Part shown: positions 10,695-21,893 of the stretch, one piece after another
How positions within the stretch are numbered: position 1 is the stretch's first letter
Layout of the letters: the number at the start of each line of letters is the position of its first letter
The notes under the pieces: generated by a model
Seen by the model: the letters and a program-made list of their open reading frames with translations, nothing else
Told to the model about the DNA's origin: nothing
The model's database searches: none
Assembly: GCF_000142905.1 (NCBI RefSeq)
Contig: NW_013657679.1
Coordinates: 445,076 to 509,075, forward strand
Origin: Thecamonas trahens ATCC 50062
Taxonomy: Eukaryota; Protista; Apusomonadida
Length of the DNA: 64,000 bases
Direction: 5' to 3'
Translations under genes and position numbers: made by a program

Positions 10695-12233
10695 ATGCCC
10701 ACACTCTGCGTGGCATACATTGATGCCGCGGGTCGCAGCTCCAAGCTGAGGCTGCAGGCCACGCCGTCGGCCACGCCGTCGGCTCTCGCCGCTAATGCTG
10801 CCGCTGCTGCCAACCTTCCAACAGACGGTGCGGTCCTGCTCCACGCTGGCCGTCCGCTCGAGCCAGAGACGCCGCTGCGGCTGCTAAACTTGCCGACGGG
10901 TGCAATCCTGAATCTGCGGGTGGCATCGCGCGAGGCTGCATCGCCGTCGTCGTCGTCACCGCCGCCCATGTCTGCTGCTGGCGGCCCGCGGGCGTTCGAG
11001 GACGCGCTCGCTGCGCTGGCTGCCGAGCGTGATGCGCTCGCCACAGCCAGCGCCTCGCTCGAGCCGCTGACCAAGGCACTGCAGCTGGTACTCAAGATTG
11101 TAGGCAACGTGCTGACCCATCCCGGCGAGGCACGCTACCGCGAGCTCCCGCTCACGTCCAAGGCTTACTCGCTCAAGATCGCGCCGGTGACAGGAGCGGT
11201 GCTTGCGCTGCATGCCGCAGGCTTTGTGCGCAACGACGACGCCGGGTGCCTGCAGCTTCCGGCGACAGCCTCGGATGCGCCGCTGCGGACAGCACGCGCA
11301 CTGCTGACCTCGTTCCTTCGCGGCCTCGCATCGCCGCCCGCAGACGCCCCGGCCACGGGCGCTCTGCCTGCGCCACCGGTCCACACTCGTGACAAGGGCA
11401 AGGACGAGGCAGGGGAGAGTGGCGCCGCAGCCGAAAGCACCAGGTCCGGTGTGGCGCCGATGGAAGTTGCAGGCGAAGACGGCTCGGGTCCGCAGATTGT
11501 GCGGATGGCAGCCAATGCGGCGGCCGCAGCCGCGGCCGAGGAAGATCTCGCCGCTGTCCGTTCGATGTCAAGCGAGGACGAAGCTGCGTGGCAGGCCAAG
11601 GTGGCGCGTGCATCGGCCCCTGTCGCGCGCGCGCTGGGCGTGTGGGATCCGGCCAACGGCGCGCCACCCGCGCCGCCGCCGGCAGATGCCGCGCTGCTGG
11701 CAGACGAGTCGGCGCTGTTTGCCGCTGCTGCCCGCGATCTGCGCGACAAGGCCCAGGCACTTGTCAATGCGCCGCTCAAGACCCGTGCTCTCCGCGCACG
11801 CGAAGAGGAGGCCAAGGCCATGCGCTTTGAGCGCTGCACCATCCGCGTCCGTCTTCCCGATGGCTGGATCGTCCAGGCTTGCTTTGCTCCGCTCGAGCGC
11901 GTTCAGGCCCTCTACGACGCCATTACTGCACTCCTCCAGCCTGAGTCTCCCGCTGCGCAGCAGCTTGTGCTCTACATCACCCCGCCGCGCACCGTCCTCG
12001 ATCCGGCGACCACCTTTTACGCCGCCGGCCTCGTGCCCGGCGCACGGGTCTTTGCCGCATCCGGCACCCTCACGCCGACAGCCAAGGCACTCTCCCCGCC
12101 ACCGTCGATCTACCCTTCGGCCTCGCCTGTGGCGGCCTCGTCCTCATCAACAGCATCCACCGCACGTGCCGCACCCAAGCCCAAGCCCAAGGCGAGCGGA
12201 AAGAAGAAGAAGCCATCGTGGCTCAAGCTGTAG
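10695..12233 (+). CDS. TUG/ASPL-like p97 cofactor: ubiquitin-like + PUB + UBX
   Basis: N-terminal UBL (LRLLNLPTGAILNL), PUB (LKIVGNVLTHPGEARYRELP...LHAAGF), UBX (PLKTRALR...CTIRVRLPDGWIVQACF...YITPP...AGLVPGA) and C-terminal KKPSWLKL. Confidence 0.8.
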   Translation: MPTLCVAYIDAAGRSSKLRLQATPSATPSALAANAAAAANLPTDGAVLLHAGRPLEPETPLRLLNLPTGAILNLRVASREAASPSSSSPPPMSAAGGPRAFEDALAALAAERDALATASASLEPLTKALQLVLKIVGNVLTHPGEARYRELPLTSKAYSLKIAPVTGAVLALHAAGFVRNDDAGCLQLPATASDAPLRTARALLTSFLRGLASPPADAPATGALPAPPVHTRDKGKDEAGESGAAAESTRSGVAPMEVAGEDGSGPQIVRMAANAAAAAAAEEDLAAVRSMSSEDEAAWQAKVARASAPVARALGVWDPANGAPPAPPPADAALLADESALFAAAARDLRDKAQALVNAPLKTRALRAREEEAKAMRFERCTIRVRLPDGWIVQACFAPLERVQALYDAITALLQPESPAAQQLVLYITPPRTVLDPATTFYAAGLVPGARVFAASGTLTPTAKALSPPPSIYPSASPVAASSSSTASTARAAPKPKPKASGKKKKPSWLKL

Positions 12234-12321
12234 CCCCCCTCCCGGACGAGTCGATGACAGGTTGAACACGTCATACCCCCCCCCCCCCCCCTTTCCCCCT
12301 ACCGCCACACACTTGACTGGC

Positions 12322-13104
12322 ATGGCTTCCATCAACAACAGAGAGACGCTGGTACAGGTGGCTGGCGACCGGGCGGCGGTGGTCGAGGGCGTGCGTGGCT
12401 GGCTTGCGCAGGCGGCTCAGAAGGCAACAGCGGCCGGACGGCCGTTCCATGTGGCCGTCTCGGGCGGCGGGCAGCCTGCGCTGCTGGCCGAGGTGGTGGC
12501 GAGCGGTGGCGATACGCTGGCGCTCGACGACTGGCAGGTCTGGCTGGTTGATGAGCGAGTGGTGACAACCGAGTCGGAGCACTCGACGGCGGCGGGTCTT
12601 GCCGATCTGCTCGCCGCCCTCCCACCCGGCGCCGGGCACATGCTCGACCCGACGGTGGTCAGGGCCGCCATAAGCGCAGACTACGCACCCGAGACCCTCG
12701 CCGCGGTGGCAGCCAGCTACGCGGCGGCCATCGAGGCGGCACTCCCGGCGACCGACGGCGTGCCGGTCTTTGACGCTATCCTCCTCGGTCTCGGCCCCGA
12801 CGGCCACACCGCGAGCCTCTTCCCTGACTCGACGCTACTCGCCGATCCGGCGCCACCGATCGTGCAGTACACCGATTGCTCGCCCAAGCCGCCGCCGCAG
12901 CGCGTGACTCTCTCGCTCCCAGTCATCAACGCTGCCGCGGCTGTGTGCTTCATCGCCACCGGCGCGTCCAAGGCCGACGTCCTGCCGACGCTTGTCGGCA
13001 CCTCCAAGCTCCCGCCGTCGCCAGCGCTGCCAGCATCGCTCGTCGCCCCGCCAGCCGGGCTCACCTGGTTCGTCGACGAGCCGGCTGCAGCAAGGCTTGT
13101 GTAA
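12322..13104 (+). CDS. PGLS: 6-phosphogluconolactonase
   Basis: VAVSGG, VDERVV, FDAILLGLGPDGHTASLFP and DCSPKPPPQRVTLSLPVINAA. Confidence 0.93.
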   Translation: MASINNRETLVQVAGDRAAVVEGVRGWLAQAAQKATAAGRPFHVAVSGGGQPALLAEVVASGGDTLALDDWQVWLVDERVVTTESEHSTAAGLADLLAALPPGAGHMLDPTVVRAAISADYAPETLAAVAASYAAAIEAALPATDGVPVFDAILLGLGPDGHTASLFPDSTLLADPAPPIVQYTDCSPKPPPQRVTLSLPVINAAAAVCFIATGASKADVLPTLVGTSKLPPSPALPASLVAPPAGLTWFVDEPAAARLV

Positions 13105-13197
13105 GGTGAGCGTATGTGTCACGGCGCACATAGGGAAAATATTTTTATCGCTTCCACCCACACGCGCATCAGCCCAATCCAATCCTATCCTTCGCAC

Positions 13198-13217
13198 CTT
13201 CACGAAGCTTCCTGAAG
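13198..13217. promoter_or_regulatory. Heat-shock element, four inverted nGAAn units
   Basis: cTTCacGAAgcTTCctGAAg about 100 bp upstream of the DNAJB ATG; CCAAT repeats at ~13174-13183. Confidence 0.75.
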
Positions 13218-13314
13218 CCGAGCATGTTAAAAGGTGACGAATTTGGGTGCAGGTCGTCACGACAAGAGGCAGGTCACAACCAGTGTGCAGTACTCAATAC
13301 CGTTGGCAACACAG

Positions 13315-14355
13315 ATGGGTAAGGACTACTATGCTATTCTCGGCGTCGGGCGCGACGCCGATGACAACGCGCTCAAAAAGGCGTACCGCAAGCTCGCCCG
13401 CAAGTGGCACCCAGACCGACCTAATGGGGATAAGGTCAAGTTCCAGGAGGCGTCAACGGCCTTTGAGGTGCTCTCAGATCCCAAGACGCGTCAGATCTAC
13501 GATGCGTACGGCGAGGACGGTCTCAAGCACGGCGTGCCCGGGCCGTCGGCCGGTGGCGGCGGCGGCGGCATGCCTGGCGGCTTTGGCGGCATGCCCGGCG
13601 GCTTTTCGTTCTCGATGGGCGGCAACGGCGGCGGTGGCTTCCAGCCCACTGACGCCGAGGAGCTCTTCCGCCGGATGTTTGGCGGCGGCGGGCTCGAGGA
13701 GATGTTCGGTGGCATGGGTGGGATGGGCGGGATGGGCGGCGGATCGCGGTCAAGCTCGCGCCGCGGCTCGGCCCGCTCTCAGGGCCCGCCGCAAAAGGCG
13801 CCGACCATTGTCCGCGACCTGCCATGCTCGCTCGAGGAGCTGTACAGCGGCAAGACCAAGAAGCTCAAGATCACACGCAAGATCATCGACGGCTCTGGCG
13901 GCCGGCGCGACGAGTCCAAGGTCCTCAACATCGACGTCAAGCCGGGATGGAAGGCCGGAACCAAGGTGACGTTCCCGGAGAGTGGCGACGTCCGTCCGGG
14001 CGTTGTTCCCGCTGACGTCCAGTTTGTGGTTCGTGAGAAGCCGCACTCGACGTTTAAGCGGGTTGGCGACTGCCTCGAGACCACTGTCCGCGTTCCGCTC
14101 GCCGCCGCGCTCACCAAGTCGGCCCGCTTCTCGCTCGAGACCCTCGACGGCCGCACCATCACCATCGAGCCCGAGTCGGTCATCACACCCAACACCCGCC
14201 ACCGGGTCGCCGGCGAAGGCATGCCGCGCCGCGCAAAGGACGGCCCGCGCAAGGGCGACCTCATCGTCAAGTTTGACGTCGACTTTCCCACCGCAAGGCT
14301 CGAGTCGCTGAGCGAGGCGCAGCGGAACCAGCTGATGGCTCTGCTACGCCCGTAG
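13315..14355 (+). CDS. Class B J-domain co-chaperone (Sis1/DNAJB1/4-like)
   Basis: MGKDYYAILGV J-domain with HPD, a G/F and G/M region, and C-terminal domains (SLEELYSG, VKPGWKAGTKVTF, GEGMP). No zinc finger. Confidence 0.93.
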   Translation: MGKDYYAILGVGRDADDNALKKAYRKLARKWHPDRPNGDKVKFQEASTAFEVLSDPKTRQIYDAYGEDGLKHGVPGPSAGGGGGGMPGGFGGMPGGFSFSMGGNGGGGFQPTDAEELFRRMFGGGGLEEMFGGMGGMGGMGGGSRSSSRRGSARSQGPPQKAPTIVRDLPCSLEELYSGKTKKLKITRKIIDGSGGRRDESKVLNIDVKPGWKAGTKVTFPESGDVRPGVVPADVQFVVREKPHSTFKRVGDCLETTVRVPLAAALTKSARFSLETLDGRTITIEPESVITPNTRHRVAGEGMPRRAKDGPRKGDLIVKFDVDFPTARLESLSEAQRNQLMALLRP

Positions 14356-14365
14356 CCGCATCCTG

Positions 14366-16001
14366 TCATGTCGTCCGCGTCGTCGGTTCCACCACGACCT
14401 TGTCCAGTTGCCGTGCCTTCTTGGACTCGCGCGCATCGTCGCTCGGCTCTAGAGCGTCGGGCTTGGGTAGCGCCCGCTTGCGTGAGAGCGGCGGCGCCGA
14501 GGCGCCGGCGTCAGGCACATGCCGCTTAATCCACGGATGCGTGTAGATGGATCGGAGCGGGAGCCGCTTCCGCGGGTCGAGAGTGAGTAGCGCCTTGACA
14601 AGGTCGATAGCGTCGGGCGAGATGGTGGCCCAGACGGCGGCCTCGAACGAGATCATGCCTTGGGTGATCTGGGTGTAGATGGGAATCTTGCGCTCTTCGT
14701 AAAACGGCGGAATGCCCGAGAGAACAATGTAGAGGATGACACCCATGGACCAGACGTCGATGGAGGCGTCGTAGCCCGACGCCGAGGCCTGCGAGACAAT
14801 GACCTCGGGCGCCAGATACTGCGGCGTGCCACAGAGCGTGGTCATGACCTCGGTCGCACCGAGGATGCGGGCAAGCCCAAAGTCGGTGAGCTTGATGGAA
14901 GCATCGTCGTCGGTGCTCTCAAATAGAATGTTCTCCGGCTTGAGGTCGCGGTGGACAATGCCGACCGAGTGCAGATACGCCACCGCGTCGGTGAGCTGGA
15001 CCATGAGCGACGCCGACGATGCCTCGGTCAGCCGCCCGCGCTCGATGATGCGGTCAAAGAGCTCGCCGCCGGTGACAAGCTCTAGGACCAGGTACAGGTA
15101 CCGCTCGGTCTTGAACGAGTCGATGATTCGCACAATGCCCTTGTGCGAGATGGCCTGCAGCACTTTGACCTCGTCCATGAGCGACTCCTGTCGCAGATGC
15201 TTGTTGAGTCGGAACTTGTGAATGTCGATGATCTTGACCGCCACTTGCTCGCCCGATGCCAGGTCGTAGCCGAGCTTGACTTGCGCAAACGCGCCCGAGC
15301 CGAGCGTGTGCCGCAGCGCGTAGCGCGAACCGATAGTCTCTGACACTTCGGGATCGAGCGAGCCGGTCCCGAGTGTTGCGTCGGCCGAGAGGTCCTGGTA
15401 AAGATACGCCACGCACGCGTTTGAGTCGGCCATGTTGCTTCCCTTGGTGGTGATGACCAGCGAGACCTCATCGTTGTTGGCGAGCACAACCCGTCGGCCG
15501 CGTCCGATCTTGCGCCCATTGACGTACGTCCCGTTGGACGAGAGGTCCGTGAGAAAGACAACACGCGTCGTCGAGTTGGGCGCTTCGCTCCGCTCCAGCT
15601 TGCAGTGCTTGCCCGAGACCCGGATGTCGGTGAACCGGAGGCCCGGCGACGAATGGCGCCCGCGGCCCATGAGGTACTCGTCCTCGACCAGGTCCACGTT
15701 GGCGTGGCTGGACGAGAGCGACACCAGCCTTCCCCATGGCACTGCTCGGTCGGCGCCTCTTCCGTCTCGACGTCCTGTTCCACCGCATCTGGGTCAGTAA
15801 CTGCGACACCGCCCGGTCTACGACCTTTTCCGGCCAGGATCACGTCCCGCCGACCACGAGCCCCACCCCCGCCGACCCACCCCGCCCCGCTCCCCTCTCT
15901 CCTTGACGACCTACCTCTGCAAGCGAAAACTCATCCACCTGTGTGTTCTGTGTTGGGTCAAATCCCGCGTCATCCTGTGACGGCTCTACCACCCGCGCCA
16001 T
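14366..16001 (-). CDS. CHEK2: Checkpoint kinase 2-like (SQ/TQ cluster + FHA + kinase); 2 exons, apparent 1-nt frameshift near 15742
   Basis: Exon 1 16001-15915 encodes MARVVEPSQDDAGFDPTQNTQVDEFSLAE with a GTAGGT donor; likely acceptor at 15775. FHA (PWGRL, GR, SGKHC, DLSSNGTYVN) and kinase (GSGAFAQV, HRDLKPEN, DFG, TLCGTPQYLAPE) follow. Confidence 0.85.
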
Positions 16002-16075
16002 CTCGTCAGTCGCGGTGGGTTGGGTGGGGTGAAGTGTGGCGAGGCTTGCGCAGGACGTGGCTTTTATCCTCGCCA

Positions 16076-17589
16076 TCAGAGCCACTGCTGGAGCTGAGCG
16101 GCGATGGCCAGCCGGGCTGCGACGATAGGCTGCTGATCCGTAGGGAGCGGCGGGTGGGTCCAGAAGTGGTGCGAGGCGCCCGGGACATAGATGGCGGGCA
16201 TGCCGTTGACCGGCTTGTTGATGGAGAGGGCGTGCCACGGATCGATGGCGCCGTTGACCCAGAGGATGTTGGATGAGTGCGGGTTCCAGCCTCCGGTGCG
16301 GGCGTTGGAGGCGTTGGCAGCGGCGTAGGTCTCGGCCGGCGAGACACCAAAGGCCTGCTTGCACTGGACGAGGTACGACTCGATGTCGTTGAGATGGGGC
16401 GACGAGACCGAGATGCAGTCCGAGTCCGGGTTGCACACCTGGTAGTAGCCGTACTCGGTGCAGGTCTGCCAGGTCCACGAGCGCATGATGGCGTTGACCG
16501 AGTTCGGGTCCGGGTGAGTATCCATGAGCGCAGCCATTTCGCCGGTGTACGAGACGTTGAGGCACTGACCGGCGTTCGCGATGGCGTTGATGCTCGCGAT
16601 GGCATCGTAAGGCTTGCCGCCAGACTTGACGACCTGCAGCGCGGTGCTGCAGACAGAAGCAATGTCGCAGACCGGGGTAGTGCACGCCGGGTCGTTCTCC
16701 TGGACTGGGAGCAGGCCGCCGAGCGACTCGGTGAAGACGACCCAGTTGGCCTTGTCGTCGAGCGACGACGCAGCTCCCGAGCAGACGCCAAACTCCGAGG
16801 CGAGCTGGGCGCGCTGGGCTGCCGAGCCGGCAAGCATCTCGCCGACGGCAGCATAGCCCGCCTTGAGCACATCGACGCACTCGGCCGAGCCGCCGACGAT
16901 GGGCGCAGCCATCGAGGCGGCGACGACGTCGAGGTAGCCGGTAAACTCGACCTGGGCCTGGACCGGCGCCGACGACGCGACCGAGGCGTGGATAAGCTCC
17001 GGGTAGAAGAGACGCGACCAGGCAGCCATCATGCCCGGATACGAGCCGCCAAAGGTGACCCACTTGTTGGCGCTAGTGAGGCCAAACTTGGTCGAGGCAT
17101 ACTTGACAAAGCTCGCCATGTCCGCAAGCGCCTGCGGCGTGGTGAGGAGCTTGAGCGAGTCGACCGAGAGATCCGGCCGCGGCATCGACGCGCCATAGAA
17201 CCGGTGCTCGAGGGCGAGGATGAGCGCCGAGTGGTTGCGGGCGAGGACCTCGACCATGAACCCGCAGTGGTACGAGCCGGTGATGGCGACCGCGTCGTAG
17301 AGCGGCGTCTCGCCGCCCATGCAGAGGAAGACCGGGCCTGTCCCGTCAAAGAACGTGTCGTTGACGTAGTACCGCTGTGCGTACGTTCCGGCGTCTGGGT
17401 TGTTGTGGTCCACAAGCTGGTCCGTGAAGAACTTGGCGTTGCCCGACGGCGGCGGGGGCCGTCGCCGAGCCCGGCCGCCGCAGCCTTGGCCTTGACCGCC
17501 CGCGCCACGCTCACCAGCGACCCGTGGGCCACCGTGGCGAGGACCGCCATAGCAAGGAGTGCAACAAGAGTAGCGCTGCCCGTCTTCAT
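16076..17589 (-). CDS. Serine peptidase S28 (PRSS16/PRCP-like); apparent 1-nt frameshift at ~17454-17458
   Basis: Signal peptide MKTGSATLVALLAMAVL; after the frameshift FTDQLVDH, QRYYVND, LEHRFYG, QALAD, FGGSYPG (catalytic Ser), ASSAPV, WQTCTEYG, NGAIDPW and GASHH. Confidence 0.9.
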
Positions 17590-17700
17590 CTGTGGTTCCG
17601 AGATGGACGAGTGTGGCAGCTGTGTGGACAGCAGCGAGGTCCGAGCGCGACCACGTGACTCGGCCAAGAGTGGCTGTTTGAACTCGTACAAATTGGGGCT

Positions 17701-18861
17701 TTACAACATCGACGGGGCAGACGAGGCGTGGGCGTCGTGAGTAGAGTCGTCGTCGACGGAGAGATCGAGCGGCTTGCAGAGGTGGTCGACGACGATGGTG
17801 GTGAGGAGCTCGTTGCCGCCGTACTCGGCAATAGTGTCGAGGATCGAGTCTCGGATCTTGTTGAGTACCTTTTCGGCGTAGACAAACGAGCCGACAGAGT
17901 GCATGTAGCGGACGGCGTAGCGCTTGACCTCGGGGTCGGTCGTCCGCTGGCGGATAATGTTGATCAGCCGTGAGTCGTTGGGCCGAGCACGGATGGCGTG
18001 GATGACCGGGAACGAGAACTTGCCCTCGGTCAGGTCGTCGCAGAAGCCCTTGAGACCCTGCATGCGCTTGTCGGTCAGGTTGAGCACGTCATCGCGAATC
18101 TGGTAGTGGAGCGCGATGAGGTTGGCGAGCGGGACAAGATCGACCACCTCGTCCTTTTGCGCAAAGAGGGTGAGGAGCTTGGACGAGAGGCGGGTCAGCC
18201 CGCCGGTCTTGTCCAGCACCGCCCGCTGGTACTCTTCCTCGGTCGGGCACTCGACGTTGTCACGCCAAACCAGCTCGAGGCCCTGTCCACGGTGCAGCTG
18301 CAGCATCTCTTCGAGACAGACCGAGAGCGCGTCGGGGTGGCCGAGCGCCGCCACCTTCTCCATCGCGAGCATGTACACGTAGTTGGCCGAGTTGATCACC
18401 TGCGCCACGCCGTAGACCTTGTGGGCACACGGGACTCCACGGCGGAGCTCGGACCCATCCTGCACGTCGTCGATGAGCAGCGACGCGTTGTGCAGCATCT
18501 CCACAACCTCGGATATCTTGCGGACCTGCTCGTCTGGCACTTCCAGCCAGTGGTTGAACGCCTTGATCAGCATCGACCGCACGCCCTTGCCCGGCACGTC
18601 GGCGATGTAGCAGAACGGCTCGAGCAGCAGCGACTCCATGTTGGCCGGCGGCTTGGGATTCCGCAAGATGCGAAAGTACGACGCCGGCGACTCGAGCGGC
18701 GTCGTCGATGGGCGAAACAGCGGTGCGTCGCTCCTCTGCGCTTCGCTTGCCACGCCTCCACCTTCCGAGCTCGGCTTCTTCTCCTCGCTCGCCGAGGCCT
18801 CCAGCCCACCGGTGCGGATGTTCATGCCGGTCTTTTTGTATTTAGCCTCGTCAGCGCTCAT
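17701..18861 (-). CDS. GGPS1: Geranylgeranyl pyrophosphate synthase (type III, animal/fungal-like)
   Basis: PGKGVR, HNASLLIDDVQDGSELRRG, LHRGQGLE, KTGGL, QIRDD and DDLTEGKFSFP. Confidence 0.93.
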   Translation of the reverse strand: MSADEAKYKKTGMNIRTGGLEASASEEKKPSSEGGGVASEAQRSDAPLFRPSTTPLESPASYFRILRNPKPPANMESLLLEPFCYIADVPGKGVRSMLIKAFNHWLEVPDEQVRKISEVVEMLHNASLLIDDVQDGSELRRGVPCAHKVYGVAQVINSANYVYMLAMEKVAALGHPDALSVCLEEMLQLHRGQGLELVWRDNVECPTEEEYQRAVLDKTGGLTRLSSKLLTLFAQKDEVVDLVPLANLIALHYQIRDDVLNLTDKRMQGLKGFCDDLTEGKFSFPVIHAIRARPNDSRLINIIRQRTTDPEVKRYAVRYMHSVGSFVYAEKVLNKIRDSILDTIAEYGGNELLTTIVVDHLCKPLDLSVDDDSTHDAHASSAPSML

Positions 18862-19241
18862 ATTCTCCACAACAACTTTCCTCTATAGGTGATAGTGGTG
18901 GTGGGGAGAGGGGAAGGAGGGGAGAGGGTCGAGTGCGAGTCTGTGTCTGTGAGCGAGTGCTCAAAGCGGCGGCAGTGTGTTCCGACGAGTCACGGCTGGC
19001 TGGCTGGCCGATCGGTGGCTGGCCGACTGTTCGCCATTGCCATTGTTCACTGGTCATTTCTGCCGTGGCCGCCTTGGCCTCTCTCTCACCGGTCTCATTC
19101 TCCGCCACCGCACCCTGCACCCCACCCACCCCCTGCACCCCACCCCACCCATCCCCTCCACCCATCCCACTCTCACTCCTACTCCACTCCTCCACTCCAC
19201 GCGACGCTCTTCTTCCCCGGGCACGCGTGCTGTTACCCACC

Positions 19242-21442
19242 ATGAGCGAGGTCGAGCAGGCCGGACAGGCTGGGCACGAATCAGTCGGCGACGGTCGTCT
19301 GAGTGACGTGAGCGTCACGGGCAAAACAGACGCGCTTGGCGGCCGTAGCGGGGCTGCAAACGACGGTACGGCTGACAACATGCATGCCACCAAGGATGCC
19401 AGCCAAGAATGGGGCTCGCTCGACGAGCTGCGCGACGACGAGCTGCGGGCGGCAGTGGCCGAGGCGAGGGCCCGGGCCGACGAGCGCGGCCACCTCGTCA
19501 GGGTTCAGCGGGCAGTGCTGGCGGACAAGGATGCGGCCATCACGGCACTGGAGGGTGAGGTTGAGGCTCTGCTCGCCTCGCATCAGCGGACTCAGGCCGA
19601 AAAGTACGAGACCATTGCTCGGATCCGCAAGGAGGCCGCCGCCGAGGCCGATCGCGCCGCCGAGACGATCCGCCTGCTCGAGTCGCGGTCGGCGGCCGGC
19701 GCGAGTGCGGGCGGCTCGACAAGTCACGGCTCGGTCGCTGCACCGTCGCCGCGCGGTGATGAGAGCGAGGATATTGAGGCTGCTAACGCTCGACTGTCCA
19801 AAGCTGTCAAGTCGCTCGAGCATGACAAGACAATGCTTCGCCGCCGGCTCGCCGCCTACGCCCGCGACATCAAAGCGTACAAGAGCCAGCTCCGCGACGC
19901 CTCGCGCGTCATTGTCGAACTGGGCGGCGACGCGCTCGATTTGCGCTCGGGTGAGTCGGGGCTGAGCGCGGTTGCGCTGGGCAGCGACGGCGAGAGCGAG
20001 AGTGTGTCGACGCTGCCTGCGGCGGCTGCTTCGGGCGGCACGGCAGCGAGCAGGCCCGACAAGAGGCGCCACAAGCGCCGCAAGGTTCCGGCCCGCAAGC
20101 GCGGCAGCCGCAAGCACGCAAACCGCAAATCCAAGTGCTCAGGCGAGGCGCCGCAAGGTCGGCGGCGGAAGAAGAAGCGCAAGCTGCGGAGGGTCAAGGT
20201 CAAGGTCGACGAGGAGACGGGCAAGGCGGGCAAGACAGACAGGGCAGACAAGGCTAGCCCAAGGAAAGATTCGAGCGAAACTGCAGCCAAAACCGAAGCT
20301 GTGGGCTCGGAATCGGGTTCGGGTTCGACGCCTGCGTCGTCGCCAGCGGCCGACTACGTTCCCAAGTCGCCGCCAGTCGCTAGCACGGCAGGTTCAGACG
20401 CGACCGGCGGCGGATCGGCGAGCTCGAGTGGCGAGTACGAGTACGAGAGCGACGACGACGGTGACGAGTCTGATGAGTCCAGCTACGAGGAGCTCTCGTC
20501 GTCGTCGTACTTGCGGGCCAAGTTTCCGCAGGAGGAGAACGTGTTTGTACTCACGGCCAAGTACATTTTCCGATCGCGGCTGTACACCGGCGACGATACG
20601 GTGCTGTACCTCGCGTCGCCGCGCGACGAGCCGAACCTGCGTGTGGTCATCAAGATCTTTGACGACGACCGGTGGAGCGAGCGCAAGCTTCCCAAGTCTG
20701 TGGGTATTCTCAAACACCTTGGCCGACACCCCAACATTGTCGAGGTGCTGGCGTGGTACACGCTACCCAAGACTAGCTGCTACGTCATTGTGGTGCCGTT
20801 TATCCAGGACACGGTTGTCGACGGCAAGTCGTCGTCGTCTGTCATTCGGGCGTACATGTTCCATCTCTTGGTGGCGCTTGCCCACTGCCACGAGCGCGGT
20901 GTCGTGTACCGCGACGTCAAGCCAGACAACATTCTGTTCGACGCGGCGTCCAAGCGGGCGATTCTCATTGACTACGATTGCGCCACAGTTTACTCTGCGC
21001 ACCGGCCGCCGACCTCGTACACCGGGACCGAAGGCTACATGGCGCCCGAGATCCGCTCGCGCAAGGCGCGTAAGGCCGGCTACTCGTTTGCCGTCGATGT
21101 TTACTCGGCTGGCGTCGTCTTTTCGAGCTCCTTTTCAAGGTCCCGTCGTCGCTGCGGTCCGAGCTCTCGCACTCGCGCATCATGCGGCAGATCGAGAGCC
21201 TGCCCAAGTCGATGCGGAGCAAGCCGCGCATGCAGCTGCTCGAATCCATGCTGAAAGTCAAGCCCGCCAACCGCATCACGGCTGCCGACGCCATCCGACA
21301 CAAGTACTTTGGCTCGATGGCCAAGAAGGCTCTCGCCGCTGCCCGCAAGGCTGCCCGCGCCCGGCCGTCGTCGGCCTCGGCCTCGGCCTCATCGGACGGT
21401 GACGGCGAAGATCGCAAGTCCAAGCGGTGCAAGGTCCAGTAG
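19242..21442 (+). CDS. Divergent Ser/Thr protein kinase with N-terminal coiled coil and basic region; apparent 1-nt frameshift at 21120-21123
   Basis: VVIK, HPNIVE, YRDVKPDNILFD, IDYD, GTEGYMAPE and DVYSAGVV. Adding one T joins VVFFELLF...MLKVKPANRITAADAIRHKYF (subdomain XI). Confidence 0.8.
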
Positions 21443-21653
21443 TAACTATTGAATGCCATGTGAAGAAAGCAGGTCTCTGGTGACTTGGCTGCCATGGTTG
21501 TACCTGCAGCCTCTGCCGCCTGCTGCGAGTAAGGTCAAAGTGAGCCCGGGTCTAGCCCCCCCCCCCCCCCCCTCCTCCCCGCTCACACACACACACACGT
21601 CCCGCCCGCCCCACACTCCACTCGACTCCCACTGTGCCGGTGACACAGACAGG

Positions 21654-21861
21654 ATGGGTGCGCGCGAGTCACGGACGCCAACGCCTCCGGAGAATGTGCA
21701 GATGTCACTGCGCATTACCAACAACCTTGTCGAGGCCCTGCTGAACGCAGAGGGCGTGGCCGTGCCGGGTGGCGGCGTCGGCCGGGCGCGTCAGCAGCAG
21801 CAGGCCACGGCAGCCAAGGCCTCTGGAGCCAGTGGAGGCGGACCGAGGGCTTCCAGCAACA

Positions 21862-21893
<32 letters not shown>

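Noticed and set aside
5549-17589. S10, M28B and S28 peptidases as a duplicated cluster
   Set aside because: They are different families and are interleaved with unrelated genes; only the shared E-box is kept as a finding.
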